DNA of 64,000 bases from an uncultured Eubacteriales bacterium. GTDB taxonomy: Bacteria > Bacillota > Clostridia > Oscillospirales > Oscillospiraceae. The position numbers and the translations under genes are program-made. This document shows, one piece after another, positions 33,378 through 43,212 of the stretch (position 1 is its first letter; each line of letters starts with the position of its first letter). The DNA lies in the NCBI GenBank assembly GCA_900317855.1, contig ONIG01000006.1:3918-67917 (forward strand), written 5' to 3'. A model generated the notes under the pieces. That model was given only the letters and a program-made list of their open reading frames with translations. It had not been told where the DNA came from and did no database searches.

Positions 33378-34553
33378 ATGGATTACGCAAAGGAATCGCT
33401 CCGGCTGCACGAGCAGTGGGGCGGCAAGATCGAAGTCAACACCCGCGTGTCGGTCTCGACCAAGGATGACCTGTCGCTCGCATATACGCCCGGCGTGGCC
33501 CAGCCGTGTCTGGAGATCCAGCGCGACCCCGACAAGAGCTACACGCTCACGCGCCGGCACAATCTCTGTGCCGTCATCACGGACGGCTCGGCCGTGCTCG
33601 GCCTCGGCGATATCGGGCCGGAGGCGGGCATGCCCGTCATGGAGGGCAAGTGCGTGCTGTTCAAGGCGTTTGCGGACGTGGACGCTTTCCCGCTGTGCAT
33701 CCGCACGAAGGACGTGGACGAGTTCGTGCGCACGGTGTACCTGCTCTCCGGCAGCTTCGGCGGCATCAATCTGGAGGACATCTCCGCGCCGCGCTGCTTT
33801 GAGATCGAGCGCAAGCTCAAGCAGCTGTGCGACATCCCGGTCTTTCACGACGACCAGCACGGCACGGCCATCATCACGCTCGCGGGCCTCACGAACGCCC
33901 TGCGCGTGGTCGGCAAGCGCCTCGAGGACGTGAAGATCGTCATGTCCGGCGCGGGCGCGGCCGCCATCTCCATCAGCAAGCTTCTGCTGCGCGCCGGCGC
34001 GCGCGACGTGACGCTCTGCGACCGCGTGGGCGCGATCTATGCCGGCCGGCCGGAGAACATGAACTGGATCAAAACCGAGATGGCCGAGGTCACGAACCTC
34101 CGCCGTCAGGCCGGCACGCTGGCCGACGTCGTCCGCGACGCGGACGTGTTCATCGGCGTGTCGCAGCCCGGCCTGCTGACCGGCGACATGGTGCGCACCA
34201 TGCACCGCGACGCCATCGTCTTTGCTTGCGCCAATCCCACGCCGGAGATCTTCCCCGACGAAGCCAAGGCCGCGGGCGCGGCCGTCGTCAGCACCGGCCG
34301 CAGCGACTATCCGAACCAGATCAACAATGTGCTGGCCTTTCCGGGCATCTTCCGCGGCGCGTTCGACGTGCGCGCGTCCGACATCAACGAGCCCATGAAG
34401 CTCGCCGCCGCGCACGCGCTCTCGGCGCTCATCACGCCCGAGGAGCTGTGCGCCGATTATATCATCCCCAAGGCCTTTGACCCGCGCGTCGGCCCGGCCG
34501 TGGCCGCAGCGGTCGCGCAGGCCGCGCGCGAGAGCGGCGTCGCGCGCATCTGA
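33378..34553 (+). CDS. NAD(P)-dependent malic enzyme (short form)
   Basis: ATG 33378 lies 7 nt after AGGAGGAGG. Contains LSLAYTPGVA and ITDGSAVLGLGDIG...PVMEGK. About 391 aa. Confidence 0.9.
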   Translation: MDYAKESLRLHEQWGGKIEVNTRVSVSTKDDLSLAYTPGVAQPCLEIQRDPDKSYTLTRRHNLCAVITDGSAVLGLGDIGPEAGMPVMEGKCVLFKAFADVDAFPLCIRTKDVDEFVRTVYLLSGSFGGINLEDISAPRCFEIERKLKQLCDIPVFHDDQHGTAIITLAGLTNALRVVGKRLEDVKIVMSGAGAAAISISKLLLRAGARDVTLCDRVGAIYAGRPENMNWIKTEMAEVTNLRRQAGTLADVVRDADVFIGVSQPGLLTGDMVRTMHRDAIVFACANPTPEIFPDEAKAAGAAVVSTGRSDYPNQINNVLAFPGIFRGAFDVRASDINEPMKLAAAHALSALITPEELCADYIIPKAFDPRVGPAVAAAVAQAARESGVARI

Positions 34554-34586
34554 TCTTGAATTTTTCCCCCGCAAAGGAGACATCCT

Positions 34587-36965
<2,379 letters not shown>

Positions 36966-37022
36966 AAACGGAAAAACCCGGCGAAAGAACGCTGTGCAAA
37001 GCAACAAAAAAACGAAAATCGG

Positions 37023-37051
37023 TTGACGATGCCGGGCGTTTTTGATAAGAT
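37023..37051 (+). promoter_or_regulatory. Candidate ptsH promoter
   Basis: TTGACG, 17 nt, TAAGAT. Confidence 0.45.
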
Positions 37052-37086
37052 GATATACGCATAATAGTGCATAAGGAGTGGAGAAA

Positions 37087-37350
37087 ATGATCACGAAAGA
37101 AGCAGTCATCAACAACCTGGAGGGACTCCATGCACGGCCTGCGGTCTTTTTTATCCAGAAGGCAAACGAATTCAAGAGCAGCATCTGGATCGAAAAAGAC
37201 GAGAGACGCGTTAACGCCAAGAGCCTTCTCGGCGTCTTGTCGCTTGGCATCGTGAAGGGCTCGACGATCACCCTCGTGGCGGACGGCGCCGATGAGCAGG
37301 AAGCGATCGATACCCTGACCGCGCTGATCAATTCCGATTTTTCCGAGTGA
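37087..37350 (+). CDS. ptsH: HPr-family phosphocarrier protein
   Basis: ATG 37087 lies 8 nt after AAGGAG. Active-site His in GLHARPA and the regulatory Ser context NAKSLLGVLSLG. Confidence 0.8.
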   Translation: MITKEAVINNLEGLHARPAVFFIQKANEFKSSIWIEKDERRVNAKSLLGVLSLGIVKGSTITLVADGADEQEAIDTLTALINSDFSE

Positions 37351-37369
37351 TCCCAACAACATGAAACCG

Positions 37370-37405
37370 AAACAGGGGCGTGTCATCAGCACGCCCCTGT
37401 TTTCC
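37370..37405 (+). terminator. Intrinsic terminator of ptsH
   Basis: 13-bp stem AAACAGGGGCGTG/CACGCCCCTGTTT followed by TCC. Confidence 0.7.
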
Positions 37406-37441
37406 TGACCGCAGATTTTTTCGGCATCGCAGGAGCAAGCT

Positions 37442-39274
37442 ATGGAAAAACTCCGACCCGAGCAACTGCGCGAAAAGGCCAATATGCTCCCGCTGCTGCC
37501 GGGCGTGTACATCATGCTCGACGAGCACGGCGAGGTCATCTACATCGGCAAGGCGAAAGCGCTCAAAAACCGCGTCACGAGCTATTTTCGCGGCGAGCAC
37601 CTGCCGAAGGTGGCTGCCATGGTCGCGCACGTTGCGGATTTCAATGTCATCGTCGTGCAGTCCGAGTTTGAGGCGCTCGTGCTCGAAAACTCGCTCATCA
37701 AGCTGCACAAACCCAAATACAACATCCTGCTCAAGGACGACAAGGGCTACCCCTTCGTGCGTCTGGACGTGACGCAGCCGTACCCGACGTTCTCTCTTGT
37801 CAACCGCACGGAGAAGGACGGCGCGAAGTACTTCGGCCCCTACGGCGGCCGGAGCATGACGGCCGAGATCATCGACACCGTGTGCAAGACGCTGCGCCTG
37901 CCGACGTGCACGCGCCGCTTCCCGCGCGACATCGGCCGCGCCCGCCCGTGCCTGAATTACCACATGGGTACCTGCGCAGGCTACTGCCTGAAGGACGTCA
38001 CGCGCGCGGAGTATCTCAAGGCCATCCGCGAGGCGGAGATGATCCTCGACGGCCGCACGGCGGAGCTCACGGCCGAACTGACCGAGCAGATGCAGGCTGC
38101 GGCCGACGCGCTGCGGTTTGAATACGCGGCGTCGCTGCGCGACCGGCTGCGCGCCATCCAGGGTCTGCAGAACCACCAGCGCGTCATCGCCACGGCCTAT
38201 TCCGACACGGACGCCGTCGGCTTTCAGCGCGGGGCCAAGTGCTGCTTTACCGTGCTGCACTTTACGGACGGCAACCTCACGGGCAAGGACAAGTCGTTTC
38301 TCGACGAGCCGATGGAGCCGGACGGCGAGGCGCTCGCCGCGCTCGTGCAGCAGTATTATGAGGGCCGCGGCGCCTATCCGCGGCAGGTGCTGCTGCCGTG
38401 CGCGCTCGAGGGGCAGGACGCGCTCGAGCGCCTGCTCACCGAGGCGGCGGGGCACAAGGTCGCGCTCGCCGTGCCGCAGCGCGGCGACAAGTGCCGCCTG
38501 ACGGAAATGGCGGCGAACAACGCGCGCGAGGAGATCCTCATCGCAACGACGAAGGCGCAGCGCAGCCTCAAAACGCTCGAATGGCTCCAGCGCGCGCTGG
38601 AGCTCGACGCGCCGCCCGAGCGCATCGAGGCGTTTGACATCTCCAACCTCGGCGATACCGGCATCGTCGCCGGCATGACCGTGTTCCAGCACGGGCGGCC
38701 GCGCAAGTCGGACTACCGGAAGTTCCGCATCCGCACAACGGACGGGCAGAACGACTACGGGTCCATGCATGAGGCGGTCACGCGCCGCTTTCAGCACTAT
38801 GTGGACGGCGACCCGGGCTTTTGCCCGCTGCCGGACCTGCTGCTCATCGACGGCGGCGCGGAGCACGCGGCGGTCGCACAGGCGGTGCTCGACGGCTTCG
38901 GGCTGACCGTGCCGGTGTTCGGCATGGTCAAGGACGACCGCCACCGCACGCGCGCGCTCATCACGCCCGGCGGGCATGAGATCGGCATTGCCGCCAATCC
39001 CGCGGTGTTTGCCTTCGTTGGCACCATTCAGGAGGAGACGCACCGCTTTTCCATCGACTATCAGCGCCGGCTGCGGCGCGAGAGCCTCTCGTCCGAGCTC
39101 GATCAGATCCCCGGCGTGGGCGAGAAGCGGCGCAGCGCGCTGCTCAAGGCGTTCCGCAGCGTCAAGGCCATCCGCGCGGCTTCGTATGAGGAGCTGTGCG
39201 CGGCCGTTCCGGCGGGTGTCGCCCGCACGGTCTACGACCACTATCACCCGAAAGGAGAACCGCCATGCGCGTGA
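37442..39274 (+). CDS. uvrC: Excinuclease ABC subunit C
   Basis: GIY-YIG N-terminus (PGVYIMLD..GEVIYIGKAKALKNRV.SYF), a UVR domain and a C-terminal (HhH)2. 610 aa. Confidence 0.95.
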   Translation: MEKLRPEQLREKANMLPLLPGVYIMLDEHGEVIYIGKAKALKNRVTSYFRGEHLPKVAAMVAHVADFNVIVVQSEFEALVLENSLIKLHKPKYNILLKDDKGYPFVRLDVTQPYPTFSLVNRTEKDGAKYFGPYGGRSMTAEIIDTVCKTLRLPTCTRRFPRDIGRARPCLNYHMGTCAGYCLKDVTRAEYLKAIREAEMILDGRTAELTAELTEQMQAAADALRFEYAASLRDRLRAIQGLQNHQRVIATAYSDTDAVGFQRGAKCCFTVLHFTDGNLTGKDKSFLDEPMEPDGEALAALVQQYYEGRGAYPRQVLLPCALEGQDALERLLTEAAGHKVALAVPQRGDKCRLTEMAANNAREEILIATTKAQRSLKTLEWLQRALELDAPPERIEAFDISNLGDTGIVAGMTVFQHGRPRKSDYRKFRIRTTDGQNDYGSMHEAVTRRFQHYVDGDPGFCPLPDLLLIDGGAEHAAVAQAVLDGFGLTVPVFGMVKDDRHRTRALITPGGHEIGIAANPAVFAFVGTIQEETHRFSIDYQRRLRRESLSSELDQIPGVGEKRRSALLKAFRSVKAIRAASYEELCAAVPAGVARTVYDHYHPKGEPPCA

Positions 39275-39807
39275 TCACAGGCACGGCCCGCGGCCGCAGG
39301 CTGCGCGAGCCGGAGGGGATGGCTACCCGTCCCACGACCGATAATGTCAAGGAATCCATGTTCAACCTCATCCAGTTCGACATCGAGGGCCGGCGCGTGC
39401 TCGACCTCTTTGCCGGCACGGGCCAGCTCGGCATCGAGGCGCTCAGCCGCGGCGCGCGCAGCGCCGTGTTCGTCGATGAGAGCCGCGCCGCCGTGCAGCT
39501 CGTGCGCGCCAATCTCGCGCTCTGCCGCCTGCAGGGCGATGTCGTGCAGGGCGAGTCGCTCGGCTACCTGCGCACGTGCGGAAAATTCGACCTGATCTTT
39601 CTCGATCCGCCGTATGATACGGGACTGCTTGACAAAGCACTTGAAAATGTTGTACAGTTTGACATATTAGCTGAGGGTGGTATAATCGTGTGTGAAAGCC
39701 GCCGCGAAAAGGTGCTCCCGCAGCTGCAGCCGCCGTATCATCTGCTCACCGAGCGCAATTACGGCAAGATCAAGCTTACGCTCTACGGAAAGGGAACCCA
39801 CGCATGA
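39265..39807 (+). CDS. rsmD: 16S rRNA (guanine966-N2)-methyltransferase RsmD
   Basis: Start MRVITGTARGRRL after AAAGGAGAA. Motifs RPTTD, LDLFAGTG and FLDPPY. Overlaps the uvrC stop. Confidence 0.85.
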   Translation: MRVITGTARGRRLREPEGMATRPTTDNVKESMFNLIQFDIEGRRVLDLFAGTGQLGIEALSRGARSAVFVDESRAAVQLVRANLALCRLQGDVVQGESLGYLRTCGKFDLIFLDPPYDTGLLDKALENVVQFDILAEGGIIVCESRREKVLPQLQPPYHLLTERNYGKIKLTLYGKGTHA

Positions 39808-40295
39808 AAACAGCGATCTACCCCGGCAGCTTTGACCCCATTACCCTCGGCCACCTGAACATCATCCGCCGCGCATCCGGTATTTTCGAGCGCGTCGTTG
39901 TGTGTATCATGCCCAACGCCGGCAAACTGCACCCCATGTTTACCCGCGAGGAGCGCGTGGCGCTCGCGCGCCGCGTCGTCAGCCGCTTCCCCAATGTGGA
40001 GGTGGACACGTTCGACGGCCTGCTCGCCGAATACGCCAAGACCTTCCCGGAGGGCGCGGTGATCGTCAAGGGCCTGCGCGCGAACACGGACTTTGAAAAC
40101 GAGTTTCAGATGGCGCTCATCAACAAAAAGATCAATCCCGAGCTGGACACCATGTTCCTGACGGCCAGTCAGAAATATACGTTCCTCAGCTCGTCGGTCG
40201 TCAAGGAGCTCGCGGGCTACGGCGCGGATCTGACGCCGTTTTTGCCGTACGAGATCATTGAAGACGTGCACGAACGCGCGACGCGCGGCGTGTGA
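39804..40295 (+). CDS. coaD: Pantetheine-phosphate adenylyltransferase
   Basis: N-terminal YPGSFDPITLGHLNII. ATGA overlap with rsmD. Confidence 0.95.
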   Translation: MKTAIYPGSFDPITLGHLNIIRRASGIFERVVVCIMPNAGKLHPMFTREERVALARRVVSRFPNVEVDTFDGLLAEYAKTFPEGAVIVKGLRANTDFENEFQMALINKKINPELDTMFLTASQKYTFLSSSVVKELAGYGADLTPFLPYEIIEDVHERATRGV

Positions 40296-40352
40296 CCCGA
40301 TTCAGACAATTTTTCACCGGCTATGCCGGAACACGCTTTGGGAGGAAACAAA

Positions 40353-40886
40353 ATGGACAACGAAGTCATGGAACTCATTGACCAGCTTTATACCATGGTG
40401 TCGGAGGCATGGGGCGTGCCGCTCGGCAACGAAAAGTGCATCGTCGAGCGCGACCAGGTCCTCGAGATCCTCGATGAGATCAAGACCGCCATGCCGGTGG
40501 AGCTTTCCGAGGCAAAGCGTCTGGTCTCCGCCCGCGACGAATTCATCAACAATGCCAAGCGCGAGGCCGAGGGCATCCGCAATCAGGCGGAGGAGCGCGC
40601 CCGCGCGCTCGTGGACGATCAGGAGATCGTGCGCATCGCCAAGGCCCGCAGCAACGAAATGCTCGCCTCCACGCAGGCCAAGGCCGACGCGCTGCGCCGT
40701 GCCTCGAGCCAGTTCTGCGATGAGGCGCTGCGCCGCACGGAGGAGGCTATCTCCGCCGCGCTCGGCAGCGTGCAGCAGGCGCACACCGCGTTCCAGAGCG
40801 TTGCCGGCAGCACGGCCGCGCCCGCCGCTGCCCCTGCGGCCGGACAGCCGGAGATCCGCTTCGAGGGCGAGGAGGAAGTCGACTGA
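40353..40886 (+). CDS. Hypothetical coiled-coil protein
   Basis: ATG 40353 after GGGAGGA. Long Ala/Arg/Glu-rich helical region. No family confidently recognised. Confidence 0.55.
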   Translation: MDNEVMELIDQLYTMVSEAWGVPLGNEKCIVERDQVLEILDEIKTAMPVELSEAKRLVSARDEFINNAKREAEGIRNQAEERARALVDDQEIVRIAKARSNEMLASTQAKADALRRASSQFCDEALRRTEEAISAALGSVQQAHTAFQSVAGSTAAPAAAPAAGQPEIRFEGEEEVD

Positions 40887-40910
40887 GGGACGTTTTATGA
40901 CGCATCCGCA

Positions 40911-40947
40911 CCGCCGCCGGTTTGCCCGGCGGCGGTTTTGCGTTTTG
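40911..40947 (+). terminator. Intrinsic terminator, first of a tandem set
   Basis: Stem CCGCCGCCGG/CCGGCGGCGG, loop TTTGC, then TTTTGCGTTTTG. Confidence 0.7.
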
Positions 40948-41007
40948 CCGAAATTTTTCCCCACCGGGGATGCGTTTGGCGCTCCCGGCGGGGATTTTTT
41001 CGCGCGG

Positions 41008-41045
41008 CGGCGGCACATCTTGTGCCGCCGTTTCCCTTTTTTCGG
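41008..41045 (+). terminator. Second strong intrinsic terminator upstream of the dcw cluster
   Basis: Stem CGGCGGCACA/TGTGCCGCCG, loop TCT, then TTTCCCTTTTTT. Confidence 0.7.
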
Positions 41046-41133
41046 TGAAAAACGCAAAGGATTGTGACCGGGAAAACCACAGTCGGATTGACAGAATTGT
41101 CGGAATCTGCAAGAAAAAGGCGGGAATTTCTCC

Positions 41134-41162
41134 TTGCAATTTCCCTGACCTGCCACTATAAT
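41134..41162 (+). promoter_or_regulatory. Sigma-A-type promoter of mraZ and the dcw operon
   Basis: TTGCAA, 17 nt, TATAAT, about 95 nt upstream of the mraZ ATG. Confidence 0.55.
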
Positions 41163-41173
41163 GAGGATTACAT

Positions 41174-41188
41174 GTGGGGCGAAGTGGT
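41174..41188 (+). promoter_or_regulatory. Two GTGG direct repeats at 10-nt spacing just downstream of the -10; candidate MraZ operator
   Basis: GTGGG (41174-41178) and GTGGT (41184-41188). MraZ proteins are known to bind GTG-containing direct repeats with 10-nt periodicity near their own promoter. Confidence 0.35.
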
Positions 41189-41256
41189 TTAAAAAGCATC
41201 AAAAGCCCACGCATGGGGCGCGAAAGTGCACGATTCCGGAGAAGGGGGGATGCAGT

Positions 41257-41673
41257 ATGACCGGTATCTATCAGCACACGCTGGACGCAAAAGGTCGTCT
41301 GTTCATCCCGGCCAAGCTCCGCGAAGAGCTCGGCGATACGTTCTATGTGACGGTCTCGCCCGAGAAGTGCCTGTCGGCTTACAGTCAGGAAAACTGGAAG
41401 GGCATCTCCGAGAAGGCCGCCGCCATGACCAATTTGCAGCAGCGCAAGGTGCGCCCGCTGTTCGCGTATGCGGCCCGCTGCGATCTCGACGGGCAGGGAC
41501 GTATCCTCCTGCCGCAGCACCTGCGCGACTTTGCCGGCCTGACCAAGAGCGTCACCGTGGTCGGCAGCAACAACCATGCGGAATTTTGGGACAGTGCACG
41601 CTGGAATGAGATCTGCCCGCTCGAGGCGCTGCCGGAGAACATCGCCGCCGTCATGGAGGAGCTGGATTTCTGA
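41257..41673 (+). CDS. mraZ: Transcriptional regulator MraZ
   Basis: Start MTGIYQHTLDAKGRLFIPAKLR. Two SpoVT-AbrB repeats, the second being DGQGRILLPQHLRDFAGL. Confidence 0.9.
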   Translation: MTGIYQHTLDAKGRLFIPAKLREELGDTFYVTVSPEKCLSAYSQENWKGISEKAAAMTNLQQRKVRPLFAYAARCDLDGQGRILLPQHLRDFAGLTKSVTVVGSNNHAEFWDSARWNEICPLEALPENIAAVMEELDF

Positions 41674-42605
41674 TGGATGCCGGACATATTCCCGTGCTGC
41701 TGCACGAATGCATCGAGAACCTGAATATCCGCCCCGACGGCATCTACGTGGACGGCACGCTCGGCATGGGCGGCCACTCCGAGCAGATTGCCGGCCGCCT
41801 GACGACCGGAACGCTCGTCGGCATCGACCGCGACGAGACGGCGATCGCGCGCGCCGGCGCGCGGCTGGCCCCGTTTGGGGACCGTGTGCGGCTCGTGCAC
41901 GGCAACTTCCGCGACACGGCCGCCATTCTCGACCGCCTCGGTATCGACGCCGTGGACGGCATGCTCTTTGACCTCGGCGTTTCGTCGCCGCAGCTCGATG
42001 AGACGCAGCGCGGCTTTTCCTACATGCACGACGCGCCGCTCGACATGCGCATGGACGCGACCAGCGGCCTGAGTGCGTGGAACGTTGTCAATGAGTGGCC
42101 GGAGAGCGAGCTCAAACGCATTTTGTATGAATACGGCGAGGAGCGCTATGCGCCTCGCATTGCCGGGGCGATCGTGCGCGCCCGGGCGCAGCGGCCGATC
42201 GCGACCACGCTGGAGCTGGTCGATGTGATCCGCTCGGCCATGCCGGGCGCGGCGCTGCGCGAAAAACAGCATCCCGCCAAGCGCAGCTTTCAGGCGATCC
42301 GCATCGCCGTGAACGACGAGCTGGCGGCGGTGCGTGAGATGATGGACACCGCGCCGGACAAGCTCCGTACCGGCGGGCGGCTGTGCGTCATCAGCTTTCA
42401 TTCCCTCGAGGACCGGATCGTCAAGACCGGCATCGCCCGGCGGGAGCACGGCTGCACCTGCCCGCGCGAGGCGCCGGTGTGCACCTGCGGCTTTGTGCAG
42501 ACGCTGCGCAGCGTATCCCGCAAGCCGATCCTGCCCGGCGAGGAAGAACTGGAGTGTAACCCACGCGCCCGCAGCGCGAAACTTCGTGTCGCGGAGCGTG
42601 TCTGA
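41673..42605 (+). CDS. rsmH: 16S rRNA (cytosine1402-N4)-methyltransferase
   Basis: HIPVLL, DGTLGMGGHS, DLGVSSPQLD and SFHSLEDRIVK. TGATG overlap with mraZ. Confidence 0.95.
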   Translation: MDAGHIPVLLHECIENLNIRPDGIYVDGTLGMGGHSEQIAGRLTTGTLVGIDRDETAIARAGARLAPFGDRVRLVHGNFRDTAAILDRLGIDAVDGMLFDLGVSSPQLDETQRGFSYMHDAPLDMRMDATSGLSAWNVVNEWPESELKRILYEYGEERYAPRIAGAIVRARAQRPIATTLELVDVIRSAMPGAALREKQHPAKRSFQAIRIAVNDELAAVREMMDTAPDKLRTGGRLCVISFHSLEDRIVKTGIARREHGCTCPREAPVCTCGFVQTLRSVSRKPILPGEEELECNPRARSAKLRVAERV

Positions 42606-42619
42606 GAAAGGAATCGATC

Positions 42620-43165
42620 ATGGCATCTCCTGATTCGAGAAAACGGAATACCGCGCGCATGGACGGCAACGCGGCGTATGACCTGCGCAGTACGGCTGCG
42701 GAGGAGTACCTGTACAGTGCGCCGGTCGAGATGCCGCACGCGCCCCGGACGACGGAAGCCGTCGTCCCGGAGTCCGTTCCGACGCCAAAGCAGGCGATCG
42801 CACCGCTGGCCGTGCTCGGCTTTGCCATTGCCGCCGTGCTGATCGTCATCTCGCTCGTCGCGCGCGTGCAGCTCTCGCAGACGTCGGCGGAGGTCTCGGC
42901 GCTTGAGGATCAGTATGCCCAGCTGCAGGAGGATCAGACGCGCCTGCGCATCGACTACGAGAGTGCGTTCAACCTTACGGAGATCGAGGATTATGCCATC
43001 CACGAGCTCGGCATGCAGAAGCCGCGCAGCGACCAGCTCTATTACATCAGCAGCAGTGACGCCACGGATACGGCGGTGGTCCTCGACCAGAACGCGGCCG
43101 AGCCGCTGAGCCTTGCCGACCGCCTCGGCGATTTCTTCTCTTCCATAGTGGAATATTTTCGATGA
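42620..43165 (+). CDS. ftsL: Cell division protein FtsL-like (septum formation initiator)
   Basis: dcw position after rsmH. Single TM followed by a coiled coil (ALEDQYAQLQEDQTRLRIDYES) and IEDYAIHELGMQKP. Confidence 0.7.
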   Translation: MASPDSRKRNTARMDGNAAYDLRSTAAEEYLYSAPVEMPHAPRTTEAVVPESVPTPKQAIAPLAVLGFAIAAVLIVISLVARVQLSQTSAEVSALEDQYAQLQEDQTRLRIDYESAFNLTEIEDYAIHELGMQKPRSDQLYYISSSDATDTAVVLDQNAAEPLSLADRLGDFFSSIVEYFR

Positions 43166-43212
43166 GCCAGCCTGTATGATAGTACTATCCCCGCAGGAAC
43201 AAGGAGACAGAC

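Noticed and set aside
37328-39247. A 639-aa minus-strand ORF antisense to uvrC. The same pattern applies to 16610..18343(+), 8966..10840(+), 31732..33390(-), 45504..47048(-), 13088..14587(+), 33222..34583(-), 48027..49370(-), 49204..50499(-), 28630..29901(-), 46958..48214(-) and 50124..51308(-).
   Set aside because: All lie antisense to genes with strong homology-type evidence and translate to Arg/Ala/Gly/His-rich sequences without motifs. They are GC-content artefacts.
40895-41161. Small ORFs (61-79 aa on both strands) in the spacer upstream of mraZ. The long minus ORFs 40314..41156 and 40747..41577 fall in the same region.
   Set aside because: They have no RBS, low-complexity translations, and are crossed by two strong terminators and the mraZ promoter.
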